From Candidatus Coproplasma sp. (GTDB taxonomy: Bacteria; Bacillota; Clostridia; Christensenellales; Borkfalkiaceae), in assembly GCA_051884175.1 (NCBI GenBank), contig JBJEVD010000054.1, forward strand, positions 2,294-66,293: a DNA stretch of 64,000 bases, written 5' to 3'. The notes under the pieces were generated by a model. That model was not told where the DNA came from. It did not search any database and was given only the letters and a program-made list of their open reading frames with translations. The translations under genes and the position numbers were made by a program. The first letter of the stretch is position 1. Each line of letters opens with the position of its first letter. Positions 8,930 through 18,671 of the stretch are shown here, piece after piece.

Positions 8930-9493
8930 ATGTATATAATAGTAGGTTTGGGTAACCCCGAACAGCAGTACTTAAAGACCTTTCACAATATGGGCTGGCT
9001 TGCGGTAGGCGACGCCGCAAACATTTTAGGCGTCAAGTTTAAAAAGAAGGAGTGCGAGGCGCAGACCGCCGAAGCATATATAAACGGTGAAAAGGTAATT
9101 TTAGCCCAACCGCTCACCTATATGAACAATTCAGGCAGGGCTGTCAAGCAGTTGCTTGCAAAGTACAAAGCCTCCCCCGAAGATTTGATAGTAATGTATG
9201 ACGACTACGACATTCCCAAGGGTAAAATTCGTATTCGCCCGGAGGGTAGTGCAGGTACTCATAACGGTATGCGCTCGATAATCGCGGAGATAGGCACGCA
9301 GAAGTTTGCACGTATCCGCATAGGTATCCGTGACGAAGAGGTCAATATTCCCATAATAAATTACGTCCTATCCAACGTTAAAGCGGAGGACTACGACTTA
9401 TTTATAGGTTCATGCAACAGGGCGGCGCAGGCTGCGATAGCCTTTGCAAAGGGTACGCCGATAGAGCAGGTTATGACTTCGTTCAACGGCTGA
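8930..9493 (+). CDS. pth: Peptidyl-tRNA hydrolase
   Basis: IVGLGNPEQQYLKTFHNMG and GTHNGMRS motifs are present. Confidence 0.93.
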   Translation: MYIIVGLGNPEQQYLKTFHNMGWLAVGDAANILGVKFKKKECEAQTAEAYINGEKVILAQPLTYMNNSGRAVKQLLAKYKASPEDLIVMYDDYDIPKGKIRIRPEGSAGTHNGMRSIIAEIGTQKFARIRIGIRDEEVNIPIINYVLSNVKAEDYDLFIGSCNRAAQAAIAFAKGTPIEQVMTSFNG

Positions 9494-9545
9494 TACTAAT
9501 CGGAAAAGCGTATAACCTGACCCAACCGGTTTGGTGTAAATTTAG

Positions 9546-12500
9546 ATGAAAAGAGGTTTTTTCAACCCTGAATTTTTACAAGGGGAGTTTCCCTCCATAA
9601 AAGAAGATATCCGCCTCGGCGTGCCGACGGCGGTTTTCGGCGTTGCGGACAGTTTGAAATATCTCACCGCTTCGGTGTGCGAAAGACCTGTTTTATATAT
9701 CTGCGCAACCCCCGTTGAAGCGGCGCAAGCGTATGCAGGCATGTCAACTTTATCGGGTAAAAAGTGTGCCTACCTCACCCCCAAAGACGACGTTTTATTA
9801 TACAAATCCGCCGTATCCAAGGACGCTCTTTTTAAGAGGATAGAGGGGTTATGCGGGATTTTAGGCGGTGCCGAAATTATCGTCTGCGACGTGGAGTCGG
9901 CACTGCAGCTTGTGCCCGACAAGCTCCCTGCAATAGCAATTAAAAAGGGGTGCGAGTATGATTATGCCTCGCTGCCCGCCCTGCTTGTACAGATGGGATA
10001 CACCCGTGAATATACGGTAGAGAGCAAGGGTGCCTTTGCCGTAAGGGGGGATATTTTGGATATATTTCCCGTCGGTGCGGAAAACCCCGTCAGAGTAGAT
10101 TTCTTCGGCGACGAGGCGGAGCGTATTCGCCCCTACGAGATAGGAAGCGGAGAAAGGCTGCCCGATATCGACGGCGTAGTCATAATGCCTGCGATAGACT
10201 GTTATATCGAAGAGGGAGAGGGGGAGAACCTTATTGCCTCGCTGAACAGGGAACTTAAAGCCTGCAAAAGCGACGCCCAATACAAACGCCTTTCCTCACT
10301 TTGTTCCACGCTTGCCGAAAAGCTTGCCGCTGCTACCCCGTTTGCAGGTCAGGACTTTTTATATCCTAAACTCAATTGCGCCCGAACCCTTTTCGATATT
10401 CTGCCCCCCGAAACGCTTGTAATCTTCGACGAGTGCAAGCCCGTTTACGATAGGTTGCAGGCACTTGAAAAGGAACACGCGGAGAGGTTTAAGGAACTCT
10501 ATTCGGGGGGAGAAGTCTGCAGTTTTTCTAATAATCAATTTTTGACCGAGGAGCAATTCGTAAGCGGAGCAACAAAGTATCTGAATATGGCGTTGCAGAC
10601 CTTTACAACGCAGATACCCTTCTTCAGACCGCTTAAGACCTACAACTTAAAATACGTTCCCTCGCCCTCCTATTTAAACAACGTGCCCCTGCTCGCCGAG
10701 GACGTTAAGCATTGGCTCTCCGGCGGCTACAGAGTTTTAATTTTTGCCGACGGCGTCAACCATTACGAAAGGCTGTGCGAGGTATTGCACGAGGCATATA
10801 TAGGGGTTAATACCCTTCCCGACCGCCTTGACGCACTGTTAGACGTGTGCGTATCTTCCGAAGCTTTAACAAAGGGGTTTATCCTTCACGACGCAAAGCT
10901 TGCGGTGGTAGGCAGCGGAAACGTCTTTACCAAAACCACGCAAAAGCGAATTAGAAAGCGCAGGGGGGATATGTTCTCCGCACCCGAAGTGGGTGACTTC
11001 GCCGTACACGAAAAGCACGGCGTCGGAAGAATTACAGGCACCAAAAAGATTGAAACGACGGACGGAATTAAGGAGTATATCGCAATCGCCTACCGCGGAG
11101 GAGACGTTTTATACGTCCCCGTAGAGCAAATGGACACCCTCTCAAAGTACGTGGGGGAGGATAACCCCACCCTGTCCAAAATAGGCGGTGCGGAGTTTGA
11201 AAGGGTAAAAGAGAGGGTGCGCCAGTCGGTGCGCAAGCTCGCCTTCGACCTAAAGCTTCTCTACGCCGAAAGGGGGGAGAGAAAGGGCTTCGCCTTCCCC
11301 GAAAACGCCGTTATGATGGAGGAGTTTGAAAACGCCTTCGAATACGAGGAGACGCCCGACCAGCTTACCTGTATTGAAGAGATTAAATGGGATATGTGTT
11401 CGGATAAGGTCATGGACAGGTTGCTATGCGGAGACGTGGGCTACGGCAAGACCGAGGTGGCCCTGCGTGCCGCATACCTGTGCATACTCGGCGGCAAGCA
11501 GGCGGCGTTGATGTGCCCCAGCACCATTCTGTCCGAACAGCATTTCAATACGGCTGTAAAGAGGTTTGAGGACTTCGGGGTAAGCGTGGAAAAGCTCAAC
11601 CGCTTCAAGACGCCCAAGCAGCAGGAGGAGACGTTAAAACGCCTTGAAAAGGGTGAAGTTGATTTAATAATCGGAACGCACAGGCTGCTCTCTTCCGACG
11701 TAAAATTCAAAGATTTAGGCTTACTCATTCTCGACGAGGAACAGCGTTTCGGCGTGGAGCATAAGGAGAAGATTAAACACATAAAAAATAACATAGACTG
11801 TCTTACAATGACTGCGACCCCCATACCCCGAACGTTGCATATGTCGCTCTCGGGCATAAGGGATATAAGCACGATAAACACCCCTCCGGGCAGAAGATTG
11901 CCCGTGCAGACCTACGTGGTTGAGGAGAGCGAAACGCTCATAAGGGATGCAGTCTTAAGGGAAATAACCCGCGGCGGTCAAGTGTTTATTTTGTATAACC
12001 GTGTAGAGAGCATCTCCGAATTTGCAGGCAGGATTGCAGGAATTATTCCCGAAGCCAAGGTGGTGTACGCCCACGGCAGAATGGATAAAAACCTGCTGGA
12101 GGGCAACGTTTTCTCCTTCTACAGGGGGGAGAAAAACGTGTTGGTCACTACGACCATCATAGAAAACGGCATAGATTTACCCAACGCCAACACTATAATA
12201 GTCATAGACGCCGACAGGCTGGGCATATCCCAGCTCTATCAGCTCCGCGGCAGGGTAGGCAGGGGTTCAAGGCTTGCCTCTGCATATTTCACGTTTAAGC
12301 CCGAAAAGGTTATGACGAGCGACGCCGCCGAAAGGTTAAAGGCAATAATGCAGTTTACCGAACTCGGTTCCGGCTTTAAAATAGCTATGAGAGATTTGGA
12401 GATAAGAGGTGCGGGTAACGTACTCGGTGCAGAGCAGCACGGGCATATGGATAAGGTAGGTTACGAGCTGTACTCCAAGATATTAAAGGAAGAGGTGTCC

Positions 12501-12968
12501 GGCGAAAAGCAGTTTACGGCAGAGCTGGATATCAAGACGGGAGCCTATATCCCCGAAAGCTATATCGAAAGCAGTCCGGGCAGAATGGACTGCTACAAGC
12601 AGATTGCCGAAATACGATCGGTCGACGACTATAAGAGGGTTTTAAGAAGTATGGAGGACAACTACGGTCAAGTTCCCGACGAGGTGTTAAACCTCTTGAT
12701 TATCGCAGTGCTTAAAAGCTACGCCGCAAAGTTCAACGTCAAAAAGATTACGGTTGACCCCCAGGGCGGCTGTCTGGAATTGCCTTCGATTAACAGTCTG
12801 CACGACGTAAGGTTAGCCGCCGCGATCGACAATTACAAGAGGGAGATAACGCTTTCTATGGCAAAAGTACCTCAAGTAGTCTTCAGACCGCAGTCGACGC
12901 AGACAAAAACCATGTTAGGGATGACAAAATTTTTGAAATTTGCACTAAGTTTTAACCAAAATACTTAA
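9546..12968 (+). CDS. mfd: Transcription-repair coupling factor Mfd
   Basis: 1140 aa. It has a UvrB-homology N-terminus, GDVGYGKTEV (Walker A), LDEEQRFGV and a TRCF C-terminus. The pth-mfd order is conserved. Confidence 0.96.
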   Translation: MKRGFFNPEFLQGEFPSIKEDIRLGVPTAVFGVADSLKYLTASVCERPVLYICATPVEAAQAYAGMSTLSGKKCAYLTPKDDVLLYKSAVSKDALFKRIEGLCGILGGAEIIVCDVESALQLVPDKLPAIAIKKGCEYDYASLPALLVQMGYTREYTVESKGAFAVRGDILDIFPVGAENPVRVDFFGDEAERIRPYEIGSGERLPDIDGVVIMPAIDCYIEEGEGENLIASLNRELKACKSDAQYKRLSSLCSTLAEKLAAATPFAGQDFLYPKLNCARTLFDILPPETLVIFDECKPVYDRLQALEKEHAERFKELYSGGEVCSFSNNQFLTEEQFVSGATKYLNMALQTFTTQIPFFRPLKTYNLKYVPSPSYLNNVPLLAEDVKHWLSGGYRVLIFADGVNHYERLCEVLHEAYIGVNTLPDRLDALLDVCVSSEALTKGFILHDAKLAVVGSGNVFTKTTQKRIRKRRGDMFSAPEVGDFAVHEKHGVGRITGTKKIETTDGIKEYIAIAYRGGDVLYVPVEQMDTLSKYVGEDNPTLSKIGGAEFERVKERVRQSVRKLAFDLKLLYAERGERKGFAFPENAVMMEEFENAFEYEETPDQLTCIEEIKWDMCSDKVMDRLLCGDVGYGKTEVALRAAYLCILGGKQAALMCPSTILSEQHFNTAVKRFEDFGVSVEKLNRFKTPKQQEETLKRLEKGEVDLIIGTHRLLSSDVKFKDLGLLILDEEQRFGVEHKEKIKHIKNNIDCLTMTATPIPRTLHMSLSGIRDISTINTPPGRRLPVQTYVVEESETLIRDAVLREITRGGQVFILYNRVESISEFAGRIAGIIPEAKVVYAHGRMDKNLLEGNVFSFYRGEKNVLVTTTIIENGIDLPNANTIIVIDADRLGISQLYQLRGRVGRGSRLASAYFTFKPEKVMTSDAAERLKAIMQFTELGSGFKIAMRDLEIRGAGNVLGAEQHGHMDKVGYELYSKILKEEVSGEKQFTAELDIKTGAYIPESYIESSPGRMDCYKQIAEIRSVDDYKRVLRSMEDNYGQVPDEVLNLLIIAVLKSYAAKFNVKKITVDPQGGCLELPSINSLHDVRLAAAIDNYKREITLSMAKVPQVVFRPQSTQTKTMLGMTKFLKFALSFNQNT

Positions 12969-13053
12969 AAATAATTTGTCTTTGCGCATTTAATAGTATA
13001 TAATAATACGGATAATCGTTTTATAACGATAATTGCCATTTAGGGGATTTTCA

Positions 13054-15243
13054 ATGAAGAAACTTAAAAGCAAACTGATTGCAATTGCGGCGGTAGCCGT
13101 ATCGATAACCATGGCTGCATCTTTCAGCGGCTGCGTCACGTTGAACGAGAAGGACGTCAAGCAAACCGTGTCTACGGTAAATTTATCGGCAAGCTCCGAT
13201 TTTAAGACGGAGTTTGGCGACTATGCCGATGCAATCGAAGAAGAAACCGTCACCAAGATGGATTTAATCGTATCCTATCTTAACTCCGGTTCTTCTTACG
13301 TTCAGCAGGGTTATACCTATGCACAGGTGTTCGATATGCTCTCCGAGGCGTTGGTTGAAAACGCAGCGGTTACCCAGTACGCTACGGCATACGTTTTAAA
13401 GAGTAAGTGCGAAGCGAGTGATTTAAATATTACTCTCGATACCTATCTTTTGCAGGAGACTGAAAAGGATAAGTATGAATACCTCCTCGGCGGTGAAACT
13501 TCGGATGCGGTAAAGAGTGCTAAGTATTCCTTATATTCCTCGCTCAACAACGTTTTGGACAGTTATGAAAAGAATTATATCAAGTCTGACAGCGAAGAGA
13601 GCTATACGGGTACCGCTTCCCGTACTACCCCCACGGGCGTAGATACGCTCAAGGAAGACTACATTCCTGCTGACTATAACGTATACACCGGTTACACGGG
13701 CAATCTCCTTGCAGACGCAGGCAGCGAGTACGAGCCTTTAGAGGGCACCAACCGCACCACTCGCCGTAAAGCTTATTCGGCTTTCATCAACTATCTTAGA
13801 AATAATTATCTGTTAGGCGAAAACGAGACGGACAATACCAAAATCGAAAACTTGAAGTACGTTCAGGATATGTACGTTTCTCAGCTTAAACAGGAAATAA
13901 TATCCGAGTTCAGCGATTTGTTTGAAGAGGACAGGGAAGCGATAATAACCACCGTAGAGGGTGGCGTTTACACCTACGTTAAGGGCAGATATGATAAAAT
14001 CTACGAGGAGCAGGTCTCCGCATATGGCAAGACTTCTTCGTTTGAAACGGCTATGGATAGCATTTCCGATACCTCGTTTATACTCTACAGCCCCTCTACA
14101 ACGGAGGATACCGAGCAACAGGCAGACGGAAGTTACGGTACCTACGGCTACGTATACAACATCTTGCTTCCCTTCAGTGAAAAGCAGTCCGACAGGCTCA
14201 CCGAGTTGCAGTACTATCGTGATAACAACAGCGGTATAACCGACAGCGACTATTTCGCTGACAGAAACAAGCTGTTAAAAAATATAGAGACGACCGACCA
14301 GCGTTCGGCTTGGTTTAACGGAACTACCGATTATTCCTTCAACGCTAAAGAATACAATACCCAAAACGCAGACAAAGCTATAGACTACTACTATGGCACA
14401 GACAGCAGCAGAGCTTACCTCTTCTTTGAAAATAATTTAACCAAGACCGAAAAGTACGAGGCTTTGGAAAAATACGACGGCAGATACAGCTATAACGGCA
14501 CGGTTAAGAAGAACGCAAACGGAAGCTATACCCTTACGCCCAAAAAGATCGGTATCGACGGTATGTTGGATGAGTTCGTTAATTACGTAAACTTCGTTCT
14601 CGAGGGTGAAAAGGCTGACTTCAGCTACGGCGATAAGTACGTTTCAGGAAACAGAGGAACTAACGACAGCTACTACGCAACGACCGATTTCACCAAGGCA
14701 GGCGACGAGGACGAGATCGACTATTCCAAGCTTGTATACGCAACCGGCAAGGTTGACGTTTCCGACCTTTCCGACCAGAATATGTTTGTAGATGGCAGCG
14801 ATCGTTACAAAGCCCTTTGCGCAGTAAACGAATTGCAGTACGCGTACACCACCGACACGGGAATTCTTTCAAGATATATCGGCTATTCCGTATCGGCATA
14901 TTCAACCAGCTATATCAAGGAATTCGAGTACGCGGCTCAACAGGCGTTAAGAATGGGCGTAGGTGCGTTCAAGGTATGCGCAGGCGATTACGGCTGGCAC
15001 ATCATCTACGTAACCGACACGTTCAGCTGCGAAGGCGGTGCAACCTATACTCCCGTATTCTCAAAGGAAAACGTTGAAAAGGAAGGCACCTTTGAAAACC
15101 GCTTCTACGAGTGGATAAAGGAATCTGATTTAACCAACGAAGCAACGTTAAAGCGTTCCGAAATAATCCGTACCCTTGTCAACGACGATACAGTTAAGAC
15201 GGATAAGAACGTCTATAAAGATTTATCAGAGTTGGATTCATAA
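13054..15243 (+). CDS. Large secreted lipoprotein, possibly a PrsA/SurA-like foldase with a degenerate parvulin-like C-terminus
   Basis: A signal peptide and lipobox are present (AASFSGC). The C-terminal GDYGWHIIYV resembles the G(Y/W)HII motif of PpiC domains. Its position after mfd is where Clostridia often carry a PrsA-like gene. The functional assignment is weak. Confidence 0.45.
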   Translation: MKKLKSKLIAIAAVAVSITMAASFSGCVTLNEKDVKQTVSTVNLSASSDFKTEFGDYADAIEEETVTKMDLIVSYLNSGSSYVQQGYTYAQVFDMLSEALVENAAVTQYATAYVLKSKCEASDLNITLDTYLLQETEKDKYEYLLGGETSDAVKSAKYSLYSSLNNVLDSYEKNYIKSDSEESYTGTASRTTPTGVDTLKEDYIPADYNVYTGYTGNLLADAGSEYEPLEGTNRTTRRKAYSAFINYLRNNYLLGENETDNTKIENLKYVQDMYVSQLKQEIISEFSDLFEEDREAIITTVEGGVYTYVKGRYDKIYEEQVSAYGKTSSFETAMDSISDTSFILYSPSTTEDTEQQADGSYGTYGYVYNILLPFSEKQSDRLTELQYYRDNNSGITDSDYFADRNKLLKNIETTDQRSAWFNGTTDYSFNAKEYNTQNADKAIDYYYGTDSSRAYLFFENNLTKTEKYEALEKYDGRYSYNGTVKKNANGSYTLTPKKIGIDGMLDEFVNYVNFVLEGEKADFSYGDKYVSGNRGTNDSYYATTDFTKAGDEDEIDYSKLVYATGKVDVSDLSDQNMFVDGSDRYKALCAVNELQYAYTTDTGILSRYIGYSVSAYSTSYIKEFEYAAQQALRMGVGAFKVCAGDYGWHIIYVTDTFSCEGGATYTPVFSKENVEKEGTFENRFYEWIKESDLTNEATLKRSEIIRTLVNDDTVKTDKNVYKDLSELDS

Positions 15244-15246
15244 GTT

Positions 15247-16074
15247 ATGCAGTGGTGGCAAGCAATAGTTTTAGGTCTAACGCAGGGCTTAACTGAATTT
15301 TTACCTGTATCATCGTCGGGACATCTGACATTTTTACAGAGGGTGTTAGGTATCGATATCGGCGGTGCGGAACTCTTTTTCAACTTAATTTTGCATCTCG
15401 GCACGCTGGTTGCGGTGTGTGCAATATTCTGGAGGGATATTGTAAATCTCTTCAAAAAGCCTTTTAAAACGCTTCTGTATTTAATCGTTGCTTCAATCCC
15501 TGCGGCAATCATAGGTTTCCTGTTGGACGACGTCATTGACGAGCATATTATGGGTAGCTCGTACGTGGGAATAATCCTTGCGGTATTCTTCCTCATAACG
15601 GCGGCGGTGCTGTTTGCAACCGAAATCTATGCAAAGCGTAGGAAGAAGGTTCTGCCCTTAGGCTGGAGAACGACAATTCCCATGGGCGTTGCGCAGGCAA
15701 TTGCCGTGTTGCCCGGTATTTCAAGGAGCGGTTCAACCATAGCGGCAGGTATATTTGCAGGCGGCGACAACGACGAAGTTGCGCATTTCTCCTTTTTAAT
15801 GTCAATTCCCGTAATCTTAGGCGGCTTTCTTGTGGAGCTTGTCAAGGGTTTGGTCAAGACGGGGGAGGAGAGCTTTGCCTATTCCTTCCAGGTGGCAGGC
15901 GACCAGTTCGGTTGGTGCATAGCGATAGGCTTCATCATCTCCGCAATCGCAGGTCTGTTTGCAATCAAGGTTATGCTCAAGGCAATCAAAAAGGCAAATT
16001 ACAAGTGGTTCAGTTTGTACCTCGTTCTGCTTTCGATAACCTGCATTGTGCTTCATTGCTGCGGGTTGTTCTAA
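15247..16074 (+). CDS. uppP: Undecaprenyl-diphosphate phosphatase
   Basis: The QGLTEFLPVSSSGHL and PGISRSG motifs are present. Confidence 0.93.
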   Translation: MQWWQAIVLGLTQGLTEFLPVSSSGHLTFLQRVLGIDIGGAELFFNLILHLGTLVAVCAIFWRDIVNLFKKPFKTLLYLIVASIPAAIIGFLLDDVIDEHIMGSSYVGIILAVFFLITAAVLFATEIYAKRRKKVLPLGWRTTIPMGVAQAIAVLPGISRSGSTIAAGIFAGGDNDEVAHFSFLMSIPVILGGFLVELVKGLVKTGEESFAYSFQVAGDQFGWCIAIGFIISAIAGLFAIKVMLKAIKKANYKWFSLYLVLLSITCIVLHCCGLF

Positions 16075-16096
16075 ATACATATTAGTATAATAATAA

Positions 16097-16122
16097 AACC
16101 CGTCTGTCGACACGGACGGGTT
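16097..16122. terminator. Hairpin 1 of a tandem terminator pair between uppP and the SRP RNA
   Basis: CCCGTCTG pairs with CGGACGGG. The T-run lies on the minus-strand side (TTTTATT). Confidence 0.6.
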
Positions 16123-16144
16123 AAAAATTGTCAATGCAAGTAAA

Positions 16145-16170
16145 AACCCGTCTGCAAATGCAGACGGGTT
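16145..16170. terminator. Hairpin 2 of the tandem terminator pair (primary terminator for the SRP RNA)
   Basis: CCCGTCTGCA pairs perfectly with TGCAGACGGG. On the minus strand it is followed by TTTTT. Confidence 0.7.
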
Positions 16171-16186
16171 AAAGTATACAAAAAAA

Positions 16187-16454
16187 GCCGTGCAGTCCCT
16201 TTTGCCGAATAAAGCCGAAACGTTACCTTTACAGGTGGCTACTACAAGGCTGCCTTATGGCACACTCGTCATTCCGCTTAGTGCTGCTATATCCCTATCC
16301 TGACACGGTTCACGGCGAAAAGTTGCATAAGACCTTGTTATCAACACCCCTTATAAAGGGCTGCTTTCCACTTTAGTCGTCGAGAGGGGCGGTTCGGTCT
16401 CGCTATAGCGGATTGCGAGTACAGGGCACCGCTAACTCCCCACTTAGCACGGTA
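16187..16454 (-). ncRNA. ffs: Signal recognition particle RNA, large Bacillus-type (scRNA) with Alu domain
   Basis: The reverse complement reads CCGTGCTAAGTGGGGAGTTAGCGGTGCCCTGTACTCGCAATCCGCTATAGCGAG..., closely paralleling the B. subtilis scRNA 5' domain as I recall it. The domain IV-like GTCAGG...AGCAGCACTAAG is present. The 3' end GCACGG pairs with the 5' CCGTGC. Confidence 0.85.
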
Positions 16455-16459
16455 AAGGC

Positions 16460-16488
16460 ATTATAACAAATAAATTCAAACAAAGCAA
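16460..16488 (-). promoter_or_regulatory. Sigma-A-type promoter for the SRP RNA
   Basis: On the minus strand: TTGCTT (16488-16483), a 17-nt spacer, then TATAAT (16465-16460). Confidence 0.55.
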
Positions 16489-16505
16489 GTAAATTTATAA
16501 ATAAC

Positions 16506-16534
16506 TTGACTTTTATTGGGCGATACTCTAAAAT
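16506..16534 (+). promoter_or_regulatory. Sigma-A-type promoter for the mrp-like gene
   Basis: TTGACT, a 17-nt spacer, then TAAAAT. GGAGG lies 6 nt upstream of the ATG at 16560. Confidence 0.6.
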
Positions 16535-16559
16535 ATAGCTTGAAAAATTTGGAGGTATT

Positions 16560-17393
16560 ATGGCAGAAAATTGTAGTCACGATTGCTCGTCATGCGGAGA
16601 AAGCTGTTCTTCCCGTAAGCCTGAGAGCTTAAAGAAGAAGCCGCACGAGCTAAGCACGGTTAAAAAGGTTATCGCCGTCGTATCAGGCAAGGGCGGCGTA
16701 GGCAAATCTATGACGAGCGCGTTGCTCGCCGTTTCAGCGCAGAGGCGCGGTTATAACGCAGCGTTAATGGATGCCGATATAACAGGTCCTTCTATCCCTA
16801 AGATGTTCGGTATACACGAAAGGGCTATGGGCAGTGAGAAGGGGATATTGCCCGTCGATTCAAAGTACGGCGTACAGGTTATGAGTATGAACGTGCTGTT
16901 GGAGCACGAGGACGAGCCTGTAGTATGGAGGGGTTCGCTTATTTCCGGTACAGTTCTTCAGTTCTGGACGGACGTCATTTGGGAAGCGGTAGATATAATG
17001 TTTATCGATATGCCTCCCGGAACGGGCGACGTACCCTTAACCATCTTCCAAAGCCTGCCCTTGGACGGTATAATTATCGTCACTACCCCGCAGGATTTGG
17101 TGGGTATGATTGTTCAAAAGGCAGTCAACATGGCAAAGATGATGAACGTACCCATCTTAGGTATCGTGGAGAATATGTCCTATATTTCCTGTCCCGACTG
17201 CGGAAGAAAAATTAACATTTTCGGTGACAGCAAGGCAGACGCCCTCGCGCTTGAGTATAACATACCCGCAGTTGCAAAGGTGCCCGTAGACAGTCAATTG
17301 ACCAATCTTGCGGACAGCGGTAAAATCGAGGAAATAGAAAACAACTATCTTCAGGACTTCTTCGATAAAATCGATAAAAACCTCAATAAGTAA
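16560..17393 (+). CDS. Mrp/NBP35/ApbC-family Fe-S cluster carrier ATPase
   Basis: A deviant Walker A (VVSGKGGVGKS) is present, with an N-terminal Cys cluster (CSHDCSSCGESC) and a CPDCG motif. Confidence 0.88.
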   Translation: MAENCSHDCSSCGESCSSRKPESLKKKPHELSTVKKVIAVVSGKGGVGKSMTSALLAVSAQRRGYNAALMDADITGPSIPKMFGIHERAMGSEKGILPVDSKYGVQVMSMNVLLEHEDEPVVWRGSLISGTVLQFWTDVIWEAVDIMFIDMPPGTGDVPLTIFQSLPLDGIIIVTTPQDLVGMIVQKAVNMAKMMNVPILGIVENMSYISCPDCGRKINIFGDSKADALALEYNIPAVAKVPVDSQLTNLADSGKIEEIENNYLQDFFDKIDKNLNK

Positions 17394-17404
17394 TTTTAAT
17401 TATA

Positions 17405-17439
17405 GTGCCGCGTCGGTAAGCAAATATCCGACGCGGCAC
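17405..17439 (+). terminator. Hairpin after the mrp-like gene
   Basis: GTGCCGCGTCGG pairs with CCGACGCGGCAC (12 bp). The T-run is weak. Confidence 0.55.
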
Positions 17440-17533
17440 GTACCTTTTATCCATAATCTATTGACTATTACTATATTTGGGCGTATAATGTATGACAAAT
17501 ATGACGGTGCAAGCCGTGACAAGAGGAGATAAT

Positions 17534-18241
17534 ATGAGGGCAAAAGATTTTAGAACCCGTGCTTGGAACAGCATGGACGGAAAATGGGGAACGCTTGCGG
17601 TTATTACGCTTATAGTTTCCCTTATCGAGGGCGTGCTTGGCGGATTAGGCGTAATAGGTATCGGAGCAATAGCATTATTATTGGTGATCGGTCCGATTAC
17701 TCTTTCTATGGCGATAATCTCGTTAAAGGTAATACGCGGTTATAACGTGGAAATAGGGGATACGTTCCTCGGATTTAAGAATTTCACTAACGCATTTTTA
17801 CTTATGTTCGTTAATGAAATTTTAATTTTCCTTTGGTCGTTACTATTTATCATTCCCGGTATCGTAAAGACGTATGCCTACAGCATGAGCCATTACATAT
17901 TAGCAGATAATCCTGATATGGACTCTAATCAGGCACGTTTGCGTTCAATCGAAATGATGAATGGCAACAAATGGCGTTTATTCTGCCTTGATTTAAGCTT
18001 TATCGGCTGGGGTATTTTATGTATACTAACCTTCGGAATACTCTCGTTCTGGGTACAGCCCTATAAACAGTGCGCTTATGCGGCTTTCTATGAGGAGATT
18101 AAAAGGGAGCAGAGTATAATGAATAACGGTGCTTCCTCGCAGCCTGCCGCAGATCCTGTCACCGAAGCTGCCCCTGCAGATGAAGTAAATGAGGATACGC
18201 AGTCAAGCAAGACCGTAGATGATAACGGCGATAACGCTTAA
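17534..18241 (+). CDS. DUF975-family integral membrane protein
   Basis: AGGAG precedes the ATG at 17534. The MRAKDFRTRAWNSMDGKWGT N-terminus and the TM pattern are typical of DUF975, and the C-terminus is acidic. Confidence 0.65.
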   Translation: MRAKDFRTRAWNSMDGKWGTLAVITLIVSLIEGVLGGLGVIGIGAIALLLVIGPITLSMAIISLKVIRGYNVEIGDTFLGFKNFTNAFLLMFVNEILIFLWSLLFIIPGIVKTYAYSMSHYILADNPDMDSNQARLRSIEMMNGNKWRLFCLDLSFIGWGILCILTFGILSFWVQPYKQCAYAAFYEEIKREQSIMNNGASSQPAADPVTEAAPADEVNEDTQSSKTVDDNGDNA

Positions 18242-18269
18242 CAGCAAAAAATTCAAACAGATACATTAA

Positions 18270-18302
18270 TCGGGTTGCTTTAAACGGGCAACCCGAATTT
18301 TT
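18270..18302 (+). terminator. Intrinsic terminator after the DUF975 gene
   Basis: CGGGTTGC pairs with GCAACCCG and is followed by AATTTTT. Confidence 0.65.
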
Positions 18303-18310
18303 AAGGTGAG

Positions 18311-18348
18311 AAAAAACCCGTAAGACAGTTTAAATCTTACGGGTTTTT
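18311..18348. terminator. Bidirectional terminator (A-run, hairpin, T-run)
   Basis: AAAAAA CCCGTAAGA ... TCTTACGGG TTTTT. It also serves the minus-strand gene that ends at 18369. Confidence 0.7.
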
Positions 18349-18368
18349 AACATGAATTTTACTTTAGT

Positions 18369-18581
18369 TTATTGCAGGTCTTCGTTCTTAATGCAAAGCA
18401 CGAATATACCGCCTAACAAACTGCAAAAAAGCAGGTCTAAAACGCCCCATACTTTAAGTTCGGATACGTCTTTTGCTGACTTCATTTTACTAAGCGTAAT
18501 TCCGCCGAAAATGAGCGGCAGTATTGCGATAGCACCAAAAATCATTCCGATAATAGTGAAAACTTTCGCTGCTGTTTTCAT
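18369..18581 (-). CDS. Small two-TM membrane protein, function unknown
   Basis: 70 aa. AGGAGG lies upstream and a strong promoter is present. The gene is divergent from an XRE regulator. Confidence 0.55.
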   Translation of the reverse strand: MKTAAKVFTIIGMIFGAIAILPLIFGGITLSKMKSAKDVSELKVWGVLDLLFCSLLGGIFVLCIKNEDLQ

Positions 18582-18636
18582 ATTCTTTCCTCCTTTGTAT
18601 AATAATATAAGTACAAGAATTTTGTACTTTTTACAA

Positions 18637-18666
18637 AATTATACAAGCAGCTTGTACATTTGTCAA
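18637..18666 (-). promoter_or_regulatory. Sigma-A-type promoter for the small membrane gene, overlapped by palindromic operator candidates
   Basis: On the minus strand: TTGACA (18666-18661), an 18-nt spacer, then TATAAT (18642-18637). The spacer contains the palindrome TACAAGC-A-GCTTGTA (18641-18655). A 9-bp inverted repeat, AATTTTGTA-N5-TACAAAATT (18617-18639), covers the predicted start site. Confidence 0.6.
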
Positions 18667-18671
18667 GTGAT

